Assembly (NCBI GenBank): GCA_038087875.1
Contig: CM075998.1
Span: forward strand, 4,156,001-4,220,000
Origin: Malacoraja senta
Lineage: Eukaryota
Length of the DNA stretch: 64,000 nt
Direction: 5' to 3'
Shown here: one piece after another, positions 12,301 to 23,810 of the stretch
Layout of the letters: every line of letters starts with the position of its first letter
Numbering within the stretch: position 1 is the first letter of the stretch
Made by a program: the position numbers and the translations under genes
The notes under the pieces: generated by a model
Told to the model about the DNA's origin: nothing
Seen by the model: only the letters and a program-made list of their open reading frames with translations
Databases searched by the model: none

Positions 12301-13229
12301 TACTTGAGCATACTTGGTGGCTGGACCCTGGAGTTGCCACTGGAAGACAGTAGCAACTCGGGGCTTCAGAGATATCGGCTGAGAGAGAGAATAAGCAGAA
12401 TTATTTGAAACAGCAGAACAGCACAGGCTGGCCAAGCAGTTGAGAGCACAGTTAGAATGAACTGCTGCCCCTTGATGCTGGTTCAAAGTATTGTTGTAAA
12501 GACCTGTAGAATCAACAAATGTGAGGAGATTCAAGAGAGTTTATTGTCATGTGTTCCAGATAGGACAATGAAATTCTTGCTTTGCTTCAGCACAACAGAT
12601 CATAGTAGGCATGAATACAGAACAGATCAGTGTGTCCATATACCATTCTATAAATATATACACACATGAATAAATAAAACTATTAAAGTGCAAATAAACA
12701 GATAATGGGCTATTAATGTTCAGAGTTTTGTTTGAGGAGTTCAATAGCCTGATGGCTGTGGGGAAGCAGCTATTCCTGAACCTGGTCGTTGCAGTCTTCA
12801 GGCTCCTGTACCTTCTACCTGAAGGCAGCGGGAGATGAGTGTGTGGCCAGGATGGTGTGGGTCCTTGATGATGCTGGCAGTCTTTTTCAGGCAGCGACTG
12901 CGAAATGTGAGGAGATTGCGGGAACTATAACATGAGAGTCGGGCCTGACACTTATATAACCAGACACAGGCAGTGTTGATAAATAGGTGGAAGAATTAGT
13001 TACGGATTTGTCACTAGGATGTGAAACTTTTCTTTTAATTATGCGGACGTCCCAGTTCCAGCGACCCAGGTTTAATCCTGACCTCAGGTGCTATCTGTGT
13101 GGAGTTTGCACGCTCTCCCTGTGTCCGTGTAGGTTTCCCTGAGTGCTTTGGTTCACTCCCATGCCGGTTGGTACCTTGTACCTTTGGCGGCAAGGGAGTG
13201 ACCAAGCACTCAGGGAACTACACTGGAAG

Positions 13230-13467
13230 TGGGACAATTTCATACTGGACAATTTTTACATTTATCAAGCCAATTAGCCTACAAACCTGGACGTCTTTGG
13301 AATGTGGGAGGAAACCGAAGTTCTCGGAGCAAACCCACGCAGGTCGTGGGAAGAACGTAGAAACTCCGTACAGACAGCGCCCGTAGTCGGGATCGAACCC
13401 GGGTCTCCGGCGCTGCATTTTGCTGTACGGCGGCAACTCTACCGCTGCGCCACCGTGATTAACGGTC
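13230..13467 (-). mobile_element. HE1-type tRNA-derived V-SINE (partial opposite copy at ~13062-13160)
   Basis: A box TGGCGCAGCGG, B box GGTTCGATCC, V-domain. Confidence 0.85.
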
Positions 13468-13679
13468 AAATGTGCTGAATGTGTGAGCGGGCGGTGAAAT
13501 CCGGGAGGAATTCGTGGGAAGGTTGTGGAACATAAAATGGGATGAGTGTAAATGTGTGATTGAAGGTCAGCGGGGATACAGTGGGCACTGTCTCGCTGTA
13601 TAACAATGCGAATCTACCAAAAAAAGGCTTTCTCTCTCTCTCTTTGTTAACTGATTTTTTTGTTTTATTGACCACTCAG

Positions 13680-13831
13680 GTGCCAATGTCCAGTGATTCT
13701 CAAGTAGTTGTACAGCAGACCTACCAGCAGCCCGTCATGGTCCCGAGTCAGACTGTGCAGGGAACACTGCCTGGTGGAGGAGTGCCAGTGTATTACAGTG
13801 TCATTCCACCATCCCAGCAAAATAGCACAAG
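13680..13831 (+). CDS. R3HDM2: R3HDM2 coding exon: VPMSSDSQVVVQQTYQQPVMVPSQTVQGTLPGGGVPVYYSVIPPSQQNST(S)
   Basis: Pyrimidine tract plus ctcAG 13678-13679, donor GTaaga 13832. 152 nt, phase 0 to 2. GVPVYYS motif of the R3HDM/ARPP21 family. Confidence 0.95.
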
Positions 13832-14283
13832 GTAAGAGACTGCTATATAGCAGATGCACCCGTTCGGACCTCGTGTTTTAAGAAGCATGGCGGCGCTCTT
13901 TGGCAAAGCTGAGACACGATTTCTAACCTGGAAGCGGAATGGAGAAATCTTTTGATTGTGACTGTCTCTTTATTCCACTGCAGTAAAGCTGCTGCATTTA
14001 ATGTTGAATGAAAACTAACCAGCGCAAAAATCGTGAAGCAGTGCCTTTGAATAGTGGGATGGTAACTAGAGTTATGAAGGTGCAGAATGCACAGGGGTCA
14101 CTTCAATCTCATATACTGCACCGAATATTTCTAAAATCCACGTGTGTGATTTCTTCACATCATATCGATGAAGAAAGATTCTGCTCCGACCTTGGACGCA
14201 TCCAGTTTGGGTGGTTTTCAGCGAAACCACAGGAATTATGATGAGCCTTGGTGCTCCAGTGAACTGAGCTCACTACTGAGGCT

Positions 14284-14529
14284 TAAGAAGGAACTGCAGA
14301 TGCTGGAAAAATCGAAGGTAGACACAAAATGCTGGAGAAACTCAGCGGGTGAGGCAGCATCTATGGAGCGAAGGAATAGGTGATGTTTCGGGTCGAGACC
14401 CAAGCGAAGGAATAGGTGACGTTTCGGGTCGAGACCCTTGGGTCTCGACCCGAAACGCCACCTATTCCTTCGCTCCATAGATGCTGCCTCACCCGCTGAG
14501 TTTCTCCAGCATTTTTGTCTCCCTTCACC
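14284..14529. mobile_element. Palindromic Penelope pLTR derivative with internal tandem duplication
   Basis: Inverted arms with a duplicated agcgaaggaataggtga..gagaccc segment. TSD actgaggct 14275-14283 / 14530-14538. Confidence 0.85.
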
Positions 14530-14777
14530 ACTGAGGCTACTCACTGCAGAGCCAAAGGCTCCCCAACACCAAGCAGCAAATTCATCTTACCTGTTTGTCA
14601 GAGTGCTACCCTGCACAAAAAAACAAATATGCGTCAAAAGTACATGGGTTACATCGCAGTCAGATGTTCACGCTCTGTCTAGAATTGGTTAATATCATGG
14701 AATTGGGAAACAATTTAGTGTGGACAACCTCAACACCAATGCTTATTCACAGACAGGAAGAAAGAACCCCATCCGTT

Positions 14778-14945
14778 TAACTTCAGATAGCCCTTGCTTT
14801 CTCTCTCCGTCCCCTTCCCCTTCCCAGTTCTCCCACCAGTCTTACTGTCTCCGCCTACATTCTATCTTTGTCCCACCCCCTCCCCTGACATCCGTCTGAA
14901 GAAGGGTCCCGACCCGAAACGTCGCCAGCCAGCATTTTGTGTCTT
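14778..14945 (+). mobile_element. Penelope 3' UTR/pLTR fragment with hammerhead motif
   Basis: Homologous to the 3' end of 32584-33452. Contains gtctgaagaagggtcccgacccgaaacgtc. Confidence 0.75.
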
Positions 14946-15016
14946 GCATCCATTTAATCTCTTTTTACTCCTAGCGTCGGTACAACTTTACTTTAAACTG
15001 TAAAGATACAGTGTGA

Positions 15017-15240
15017 CTATAGACAATAGACAATAGACAATAGGTGCAGGAGTAGGCCATTTGGCCCTTCGAGCCATCACCACCATTCAATGTGATCATG
15101 GCAGATCATCCCCAATCAGTACCCCGTTCCTGCCTTCTCCCCATATCCCCTGGCTATCTTTAAGAGCCCTATCTAGCTCTCTCTTGAAAGGATCCAGAGA
15201 ACCTGCCTCCACCGCCCTCTGAGGCAGAGAATTCCACAGA
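15017..15240 (-). mobile_element. CR1 3' end
   Basis: (tagacaa)n tail and CR1 3' UTR. Confidence 0.85.
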
Positions 15241-15515
15241 CAGTGGAAACAGTCCCTTCGGCCTAACCCAGTCCAGGCAGACCAGCAATCACCCTGTACA
15301 CTAGCACTATCCTACACACACTGGGGACAATTTACAGTTTACCGAAGCCAATTAACCTACAAACCTGTACGTCTTTGGAGTGTGGGAGGAAACCAGAGCT
15401 CCCGGAGAAAACCCACATGGTCACGGGGAGAAGGTACAAACTCTGTACAGACAGCACCCGTAGTCAGGATCGAACCTGGATCTCTGGTGCTGTGAGGCAG
15501 CAACTCTACCGCTGT
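15240..15515 (-). mobile_element. HE1-type V-SINE
   Basis: Same consensus. Confidence 0.85.
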
Positions 15516-16764
15516 CCAGAACTATGTCCAGAAACCTAAGCTCATAAATTTGTCTTTAAAAAATCTGTGATTTTGACATACATGTGAATGCAAGCTCTAA
15601 AATAGGTTTTATTTTGTTCATTATGATACAGTCGTTGTGGTCTTCTCCCTGAAATATGTCAAGCTGTAATGGGATCTTTACCTGCTGCTGTATTTCTCTT
15701 GATATGTGATCGTAGGCGCTTACAGGTTGTTAACCCGCGTTGAAATCCTGAGCCAGGCAGTGCACAGTTCTGTTCGACCACACTGGCAACCCATGTTCAA
15801 GGTTCAGCTTGAACAACCTAACTTGGAATTGCACCAAAGGTTCGTTGTAATGAATGATTAACACTTGCTCCAAGAGGCATTGTCAATCCCCATGGTACTG
15901 GCCTTGCCAACTGAAGGAGGATGTAGGAAAGTAAAGGTTATTGTTATGTTTGCAAAACAAAAGCAAGACATGTGTCAGTATTTACATTGTGTTTCGCACT
16001 TACTATACGAGTGTATTTTTTTGCTTTGAGAGTACAAGCAGACCTCCTATATGATGGTCACGGGATAGCGCTGGACCTGAACTTGCTTTTTAATGCTCAC
16101 TGCAGTCCCAACTCAGCCTGAACGCAATAGCAGTAATGCAGCAAATCTACTGCAGCAATATATCATAACTGACTGTAGGTTGAAGAGTACAGGCCTCTCA
16201 GATGCTACATTGGTCATATCATGTACCGACCACTTTTTGAAACTTGCTTGGGGTGTAAGTAACTTTGTTCTACTCTCCTAAACCTCATGATTCCAGCTCC
16301 TTGCACCATCAAATATGACTTCTATAACTCACATGGTGAATCCTGTAGTGTTAGCTTAAGATGTTAGGACCCTCTTCCCCCATCTACATGTTGCCCCTTT
16401 GGAAAATTAACCACAGATAGGACTCAGCATCCACACGTACACTAATAACACCCTCCTCTACCTCTTTACTACCTCCTTTGCTCGCCCAGTACCTCCGTTC
16501 CAGCAGATAGCTTGGCTGAAGTGCAGTTTTTGATGAATTGCAAGATACAGGAAAACTCTCAGCCATTAAGATATTCCCCGCCATGGTTAATCTCCCAGAC
16601 TGCAAGCATTGTGTCCTATTTGACCCAAGCTGAACTTTCAACCTCCTTATGTCCCAAAGATTGCCTATGTAGACCCCCTTAATATCAGCTATACCATGTG
16701 CTCAACCCATAAGGTGCTGAAGCCCTCATCTATGTCTTTGTCTCCGACAGACCAATAAATCCAG

Positions 16765-16999
16765 ATTATAGACACAAAAAGCTGGGACAACTCAGCGGGA
16801 CAGGCAGCATCTCTGGAGAGAAAGAAATGGATGACGTTTCGGGTCGAGACCCTTCTTCAGACTGGGCACTGGACCAGAACATGCTTCAGTCAGACCCGAA
16901 ACGTCACCCATTCCTTCTCCCCAGAGATGCTGCCTGTCCCGCTGAGTTACTCCAGCTTTTTGTGTCTATCTTCAGTTTAAACTGCAGTTCCTTCCTACA
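16765..16999. mobile_element. Palindromic Penelope pLTR derivative
   Basis: TSD caataaatccag 16753-16764 / 17000-17011. Confidence 0.85.
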
Positions 17000-18277
17000 C
17001 AATAAATCCAGTGGTCCCCTGGGCTGACCTCCCTCTGTACGCCCTCTATAGATTTCATTCATCAAAAACTCTGTTGTCTGTGTTCTATCCCTCTTGCTTC
17101 TTTTTCTTGGTTATTCACCTGATTTTAAATTATATTTCCTTCTGCCTGCCTTGCTTTGTGAGATGAATTTTTTGGTTCTTGCTGAAGCCGCTGCTGTTTG
17201 TCCAGCGTGTGTGGGCAAGTCTGTCTGGCAACTTGTCCACCGTCAAGTTGGCTGGCAACTTGAATTGCCGTTCCTCGTCACACACAGTCTGGGCCTCACA
17301 GACTGACTGACCTCTGCTGCAATATCCAAGATCACTAGTGAAGTGCTTGAAGCATGCCACTTCAGCTCTGCGCAAAGATGAATCCCAGTAAGATTTCTTC
17401 GGCTCAAACGTTTTTATTTCGCAACTTGTTTGAATCGCTGAATGTTTTTATTTTTTTTCTTTTTGCTGCTCCAATTTCAGTTATTTTTTGGGAACTGGTT
17501 TGCCGGCTGTTATGTGAAACGGGTTGTCCTGATGTTCTCCGAGCATTACACTTCCACAGGAAATGGTTGAAGGCTACAAATCACAACTCGCTGCTTTGTC
17601 ACATTTGTACACAGTTTATTTCCCCCAATCTTTCTCTGCAGGTCAATTATGGCATACTATCTGTATTGTAGTTCCGCAGGCGGTGGTGAGGAAACAAATC
17701 CCATAGTGCGTTGCTTTTGCACACAGAATCTGTCCTTAGTAGACAGTAACCCCAGCACTCAAGGCTTAGGTGCAGTTTGTAATTCAAACTCCAGGCAGCA
17801 AGGCAGGCCAAAATGATGGACTTTCTTTTTTTGCATCCATTTCTAATATTAAGTAAATGAATTCATGGGTAAGTTTAATGATTTTTTTCCCCCCATCATT
17901 GCATAAATCTTGCGTTACTCTGTAAATGTTATTGGTGGCTATATAAAGTGAACTAAGTATTAATGAATTTGGCAGCTAAAATTTTAAGTGATTGACATGC
18001 TTGTTTCCTGCTATCAAAACAGTAAATTGGCAACAATGGATAAGTAGTTCTTTGAGCCAACCATGGATTTTCTTTGCCCCTTTGGACGTAAGATTTGGAG
18101 GAGTGATGACCTGAGGTGTGACACTTTTATGGTGTGACTCCTCTGAGGCCACACTTGCAGGTGTGACACGACACACTGGTGTTGCACACCTGCCGGTGAC
18201 TGATGTAGATAGATTGTGTGAGTTAAATCTGTGTACAGCTGCTTTATGTAAAACTAAACTGGCCAAAACTTTTTCAG

Positions 18278-18378
18278 CCAATCGGTTGGATTCCTTCAGC
18301 CACCTGGTCCAGAGCAGTACCAGATGCCTCAATCTCCCTCTCCTTGTAACCCAGCGCAAATGCAGCAACAATTTACAG
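18278..18378 (+). CDS. R3HDM2: R3HDM2 coding exon: (S)QSVGFLQPPGPEQYQMPQSPSPCNPAQMQQQFT(G)
   Basis: ttttcAG 18276-18277, donor GTtagt 18379. 101 nt, phase 2 to 1. Near-identical to recalled R3HDM2 SVGFLQPPGSEQYQMPQSPSPC. Confidence 0.95.
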
Positions 18379-19157
18379 GTTAGTGCCAATTTACTCTCGC
18401 ACATGTTCAGATTAGCGTACGTCAACTTGGCAAAGCACCAGCGGCCATCAGTGCTCGCACTCTGACAGGGCATCTGTAAAAACTTGTCTGTGCTCTTAAC
18501 CTCCTCTCTGCTGTTTTATACCGAGCCAAATTTGTCACCAACACGGCATGAACTGTAGATCTCGTTAGTAGGGTTTTGGTGGTAGGAAAATATTAACAAT
18601 CCCCAGGAGTAAATCCAATTGTGTTGCCTGAATGAATTGAAATGGCTAATATGATAGCAATGTCTGAGGAAGCTAGTGAGAGTGATCCAGGATCTTGGGG
18701 CACAGTCCCAGGGAGAAGGGATGGCAGACTTGGTCTGGCCATAGTTGGTGGGGCTGTGAATCTCCGTAGCTTTATAAATAAGGATCATTCTAAAAACACA
18801 AAAGTGCTGGAAAAGCTCAGGTCAGGCAGCGATATTCCAAGTAGTCCTGTCTGTCGTTGCTTTGCAGACTGGCAGTTTCCTTTTACGTCCAAGCTCAGCT
18901 GGAAGTTGACATCCGATGGCAACAGGTCCACAAGAAAGTGCTCCAAATGAAAAGGAAGACTCCGAGTGTTAGCATTTCCCATGGAGAATGCGTCCCCAAT
19001 GTGCAAAAACACTTGCTTGCCACCTTTCTTACAGAGCCAGTGATCAGCGTCTGATCACCTGATCACCTCCCCTTTTTCCACCCCCCTCATCCTCCCGACC
19101 AACTCCATCCACCTATGGCCTGGTCCCTGGTTTACGGAAAGTAAACAAAATAATGGT

Positions 19158-19459
19158 AGTTTAGCTTAGTTTAGAGATACAGCGTGGAAACTGGCCCTTC
19201 GGCCCACCGAGTCCGTGCCGACCAGCGATCCCCGCACACCAACACCATCCTACACACACTAGGGACAATTTACAATGATACCAAGCCAATTTGCCTACAA
19301 ACCTATATGTCTTTGGAGAGTGGGAGGAAACCGGAGCACCTGGAGAAAACCCACGCAGGTCACGGGGAGAATGTACAAACTCCGTGCAGACAGAATCGAA
19401 CTAGGGTCTCTAGCGCTGTAAGGCAGCAATTCTACCGCTGCACCACTCTGCCGCACCGT
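19158..19459 (-). mobile_element. HE1-type V-SINE
   Basis: Same consensus with (ctaaa)n tail. Confidence 0.85.
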
Positions 19460-19895
19460 GGTAATGAAATCCTACTGTTTTTAGTAGGTCCTGTGCTTTC
19501 TGGATTGTTCAATCTCTCTTGCCTACCCACGGGTTCCTGCTTGTGTGATGAGGAATGAGAAACAACCTGAGATTCAGTATTTTGCCTGGCAGAGAATGGT
19601 GTTGTCTACAGAACTCTCTCAGCCATTCAGTGGGGATGTCAGTTTATGGGGAAGAGGCAGGAAAATGGAGCTGAGGGCAATGTCAGATCAGTCATGGTCT
19701 TATTGAATAGCAGAGCTGGTTCGAGGAGCTAAATGTCCAGTTCCTGGTCTTTTAGTGACGAGTTCAGAGATTAATTTCATCTCAACAAAGCATGGTAATA
19801 AGTGGTTTTCTGCTTAGCCAACAACAATGACAATTGTACATGGAGAGAAAAAAATCACACTAAACTAGAACTTATAAAAATCAGTTTTCTAAGGA

Positions 19896-20085
19896 TAGAC
19901 GCAAAATACTGGAGTAACTCAGCGGGAAAGGCAGCATCTCTGGAGAGAATGAATGGGTGACGTTTCGGACCGAGACCCTTCTGGTCCATTCCTTCTCTCC
20001 AGAGATGCTGCCTGTCCCGCTGAGTTACTCCAGCATTTTGCGTCTACCTTGGGTTTAAACCGGCATCCGCAGTTCCTTCCTGCTA
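19896..20085. mobile_element. Palindromic Penelope pLTR derivative
   Basis: TSD cagttttctaagga 19882-19895 / 20086-20099. Confidence 0.85.
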
Positions 20086-20213
20086 CAGTTTTCTAAGGAA
20101 ATGGACCAATTAACAGTGGGACCGGGACCTAGTTTCAGAGTAAAGGGCACATTCAACAGAGGATACATTTTAGCTCAGTTACAGCAAAAAAATTAGATTT
20201 TTAAAATCTAATT

Positions 20214-21094
20214 GGGCGGGCGGTGGGCGGCGGGACTCTCGTCAGCAGCGGCCTCTGCAGTCCGTCTGTCTTTTTATTATTTTTGTCTCGTTTCTATGTA
20301 GTTTTTATTATTTTTGTTGTTGCTGTTGTTGTTTTGTCGGGGTATGTGTGTGGGGGTGGGGGGGGGGGGGAACTTTAAAATCTTTCCCCTGCACGGGAGA
20401 CCCGACCTTTTCTTTGTCGGGTCTCCGTTGTCGTTGGGGCTGGGCAACGTGGAGCGGCCTCCAGCAGGAACGACCTGGGGCTCCAGTTGCGGAGCTGCGG
20501 ACTACTCACCGTCACGCGGCTGGCCGAGTCCGGAGCGGGTGGAGCTGTGGTGGAAACAATCGCTGCTGCGACCCGACCCCCGGAGATTCGGAGGCTACAA
20601 CCGCGGGTCTGGCGGACGGCAACACCGGAAGCCCGCGGGTCCCTGGTGGGAGACCGCTTTTCGGGGCTTCCGCAGCGGCGACTTCTCCCGCCCGAGTTGC
20701 GGGGTTGAAGAGCACCTGGAGCAGGGCTTTACATCGCCGCCCCGCGCGGCTTGGAATGGCCGCGGGACTTTGCGAGCGCGCGCCGGGGCTCTAACACCAA
20801 GACCCGGTGCGCGACCTTGCATCACCCGGCGTGGCTTTAATGGCCGCGGGACAATCACCATCGCCCGCCGGGGGCTTTGACTTTGACTCTGACATCGGGG
20901 GGGGGGGGGGGAGTGCAGTGGAGAGATACTTTTTTTTGCCTTCCATCACAGCGCTGTGATGGATGTATGTGTAAATTGTGTTGTGTCTCGGGTCTTCTTC
21001 GTTTTGTAATGTATGGCTGCAGAAACGACATTTCGTTTGGACCTCAACGGGGTCCAAATGACAAATAAATTGTATTGTATTGTATTGTATTGTA
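20214..21094 (+). mobile_element. GC-rich non-autonomous non-LTR retroelement with (attgt)n tail
   Basis: Sharp compositional boundaries. 3' hairpin catttcgtttggacctc..ggggtccaaatgac, then aataaa and (ttgta)n. No recognisable protein. Confidence 0.65.
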
Positions 21095-23438
21095 TATTTA
21101 AGAGTATGCAGAAATACTTTGAATCTGTCTTTAAAGAAATGTCCTGGACTGCCCTTCCCCCCCTGTTGTAGTGTGCAGTGATGCTGTATGGAGTGAAGGC
21201 TGGGCTACGACAGTCTTGTTGGGTGTTAATGGAAGGAAACTGGAAGAGATGGGGGAGAGAGAGGAATAACTGCTTTCATTGTTTTTTTTCCAAAATGGAG
21301 ACTGTTCCTCGATGCAGTCTTAAAATATACCTTGAGAAAATGCAAGTCACAATTGACTAGCCGAATAACTGAGGTACTTCTGTAATTGGAATCTTCTAAT
21401 TGAGAAACTGGGGGACCCTAATCTCATGGCGTTGGGCAGTCATTTGGTGACATTCTTGACATGAGTGCTCTTCAAGTATTTCTGGCATCTAGTTTCCGAG
21501 TCTCTGTGGTACGACCATGTGAATGCATGAATCACTGGCATCAGCACCTACAGTCGCGTATTTAGCTGCAAAGGGATGCACACCCTCAAAAAATTCAAAA
21601 AGCTGAGGTGAGGTGCACACCCTCCAATACTCCTACAGATACCAGTGGAGGAAATATGTTGTGGTATTGCTTGGGATGATTGCAGTCGCAAAATCTCTTT
21701 CAATTTTGGCTGGAATTTACCCAAGGAGAGCATTAATTCTGGGACAGATTTTTGTCAAGATGTATGAAGGACTAACAGCATTATCAATGCGCAATTTGGC
21801 CAGCAATCGTGGTGAGAAATTGCAAATCGCCATCACTTTCAAGGAAGTAGCATCTTGCGCTTAACCTTTCCTTGATTTTCAGGAGATTGCACTTTTAACT
21901 CACCACAGGAAGTTTAGTCATTATCAGTGTAAGTAAACTTCTAACTGTACGATAAATGTGATAGTGATTACAAATTAACTTCTCTCGCTTAGAAAGTAAA
22001 CGTGCATGGATTCTCATTTCTTAGGGTTGTGAATCAGTTCTGGGTTTTAAAATGTCAGTTCTTTCTTTTATGACTGGGTTTATCTTTTTTCTGCTTGCTC
22101 TTAATCCATTCTTTTTCCTCTATTTGCGTATCTGGTTTGACATTGAATTTCCCCTCTAAATCACTTCCCCTTCTCAGCCCTACTTGTTCATAAGTCACAG
22201 GAGCAGAATTAGGCCATTCAGCCCATCAAGTCTACTCTGCCATTCAATCATGGCCGATCTATCTTTCCGTCTCAACCCCATTCTCCTCCCTTCTCCCCAT
22301 AACCGTTGACACCCGTACTAATCAAGAATCTATCAATCTGCACCTTAAAAATACCCAATGACGTGGCCTCCACAGCCATCTGTGACAATAAATTCCACAG
22401 ATTCACCACCCTCTGGCTACAGACGGTTTAGTCAGAAGATGTTTCTTTCTCAATGCTTTAATCTTGTTAGTGAAGAAGCTACTCTGTTGATTCTGTTCAC
22501 CAAGGTCTCAGGCACGCAGACACTGCGCCGTTATCAGCTTGCATTTGCAACGATGTGGTGGGCAAAATGAAGGTAAAACCAAAAGATGCACAAAAAGAGA
22601 GCAAAAATAACAGTGGGCACGCAGCAAACGCTTTTTACTCCATCCAAATTTGGCCCACTGTCTTTGTGTGCAGGAGTCTGCAAGTGTCCAGAGACAGAGG
22701 GATGGTCTGTTGTTTGTCTCATTGTATTTTTACTGCCCTGAACTTGTCCTCCAGAAGGATACTGAAATCAGGATTCAAGTGAGTGCTTGTTCTTATTTTC
22801 TAAGCAGGATTCAAAAGTATCCTGAACTGCAATAACTCTCCCAGCTATAACTTGGCCATACGACTAACATGATCAATATTGTTGTTCTACTCAATGTTCC
22901 CTGCTTCCAACAGCGAAGAGACTTGCTCATCGTTCATCCCAACGTTCTTGGAGCTGCTCGTTGCAATTCATCAGCGACTGGCCCTTTACAACATGTTCTT
23001 TGCTCTCTAACCAGGCACTTGAAATCACTGGTTTAAAAAGGATCGCACTGAACACTTGGCCAAAATCCCCTGATATACTGGGATTATAAAAGGTGGTATC
23101 TCAGCGAGTTTGGGAAGCAGCTTTTAAGTCAAATGTCAATGCTTTCATATATAGCTTCATGCAGGTGCAGTTAATGCTGATCTTAAAATTTAGCACTTTA
23201 AAATAAAAGATTAGAAGACTGCAAATGTTTAAGATGGTTTTCAAAATCATTCACTTACACGAGAGCAAATCAGATATTGCAATGTGAAATTTGACTGCGT
23301 TGGGAGTGCAGAGAACCTGACCAGGCTTGCAAATTTAATTTAAATATAACCTAGTCAGGCACATTAATAAAGTGATTTACAGTATCTCTAAACTGTGCTG
23401 TCACTGATTTCTTTTGGCTGCTATTTGGTATTAGCCAG

Positions 23439-23459
23439 TACCCTCTGAACCTCAAATAG
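23439..23459 (+). CDS. R3HDM2: Candidate 21-nt alternative microexon of R3HDM2 (adds VPSEPQI)
   Basis: Branch-like cactgat 23402-23408, U-rich tract with UGC, ccAG 23437-23438, consensus donor AG|GTGAGT at 23460. Symmetric phase 1-1 with no stop. No transcript evidence. Confidence 0.5.
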   Translation, partial: YPLNLK

Positions 23460-23591
23460 GTGAGTATATTTTAAATGAGGATTGAATCTCAGAGTGGGGT
23501 TTTGTGCAAGTGAGTTACAACCTGTTACTTTGATGGTGCTTCCACTTTGCAGGGGCAATGATCATTTTCTTTTCTTGTCTCCCTATCTCAG

Positions 23592-23761
23592 GTGTGCCGG
23601 CACCCAGTCATGGAGTTGTGGTCATGCAGCTGAGTGTACCCAATGGCCCTCAGCCCTCTCAGCCTCCCTTGTTACCACAGTGGAACCAGTGCAAATACTA
23701 TAGTGTGGAGCAACGAGGGCAGAAACCCACTGAGCTTTATAACCCTGATAACCCCACCCAG
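23592..23761 (+). CDS. R3HDM2: R3HDM2 coding exon: (G)VPAPSHGVVVMQLSVPNGPQPSQPPLLPQWNQCKYYSVEQRGQKPTELYNPDNPTQ
   Basis: ctcAG 23590-23591, donor GTatct 23762. 170 nt, phase 1 to 0. GVVVMQL.VPNGPQP and CKYYS..QRGQKP are R3HDM2-specific as recalled. Confidence 0.96.
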
Positions 23762-23810
23762 GTATCTGATTGACCTTTTATTATCTGCTTGTGCTTCATG
23801 CTACTACCTC

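Noticed and set aside
20214..20270. HDV-like ribozyme at the 5' end of the GC-rich retroelement
   Set aside because: I could not build consistent P1/P2/P3 pairings or a CGAA junction.
20314..20880. 188-aa and overlapping GC-rich ORFs (also 7594-8196)
   Set aside because: Stop-poor because of GC content, inside repeats, with no domain motifs.
21883..21928. 46-nt cassette exon (ttttcAG ... agt|GTAAGT)
   Set aside because: Frameshifting with a weak -1 donor base, within chance expectation.
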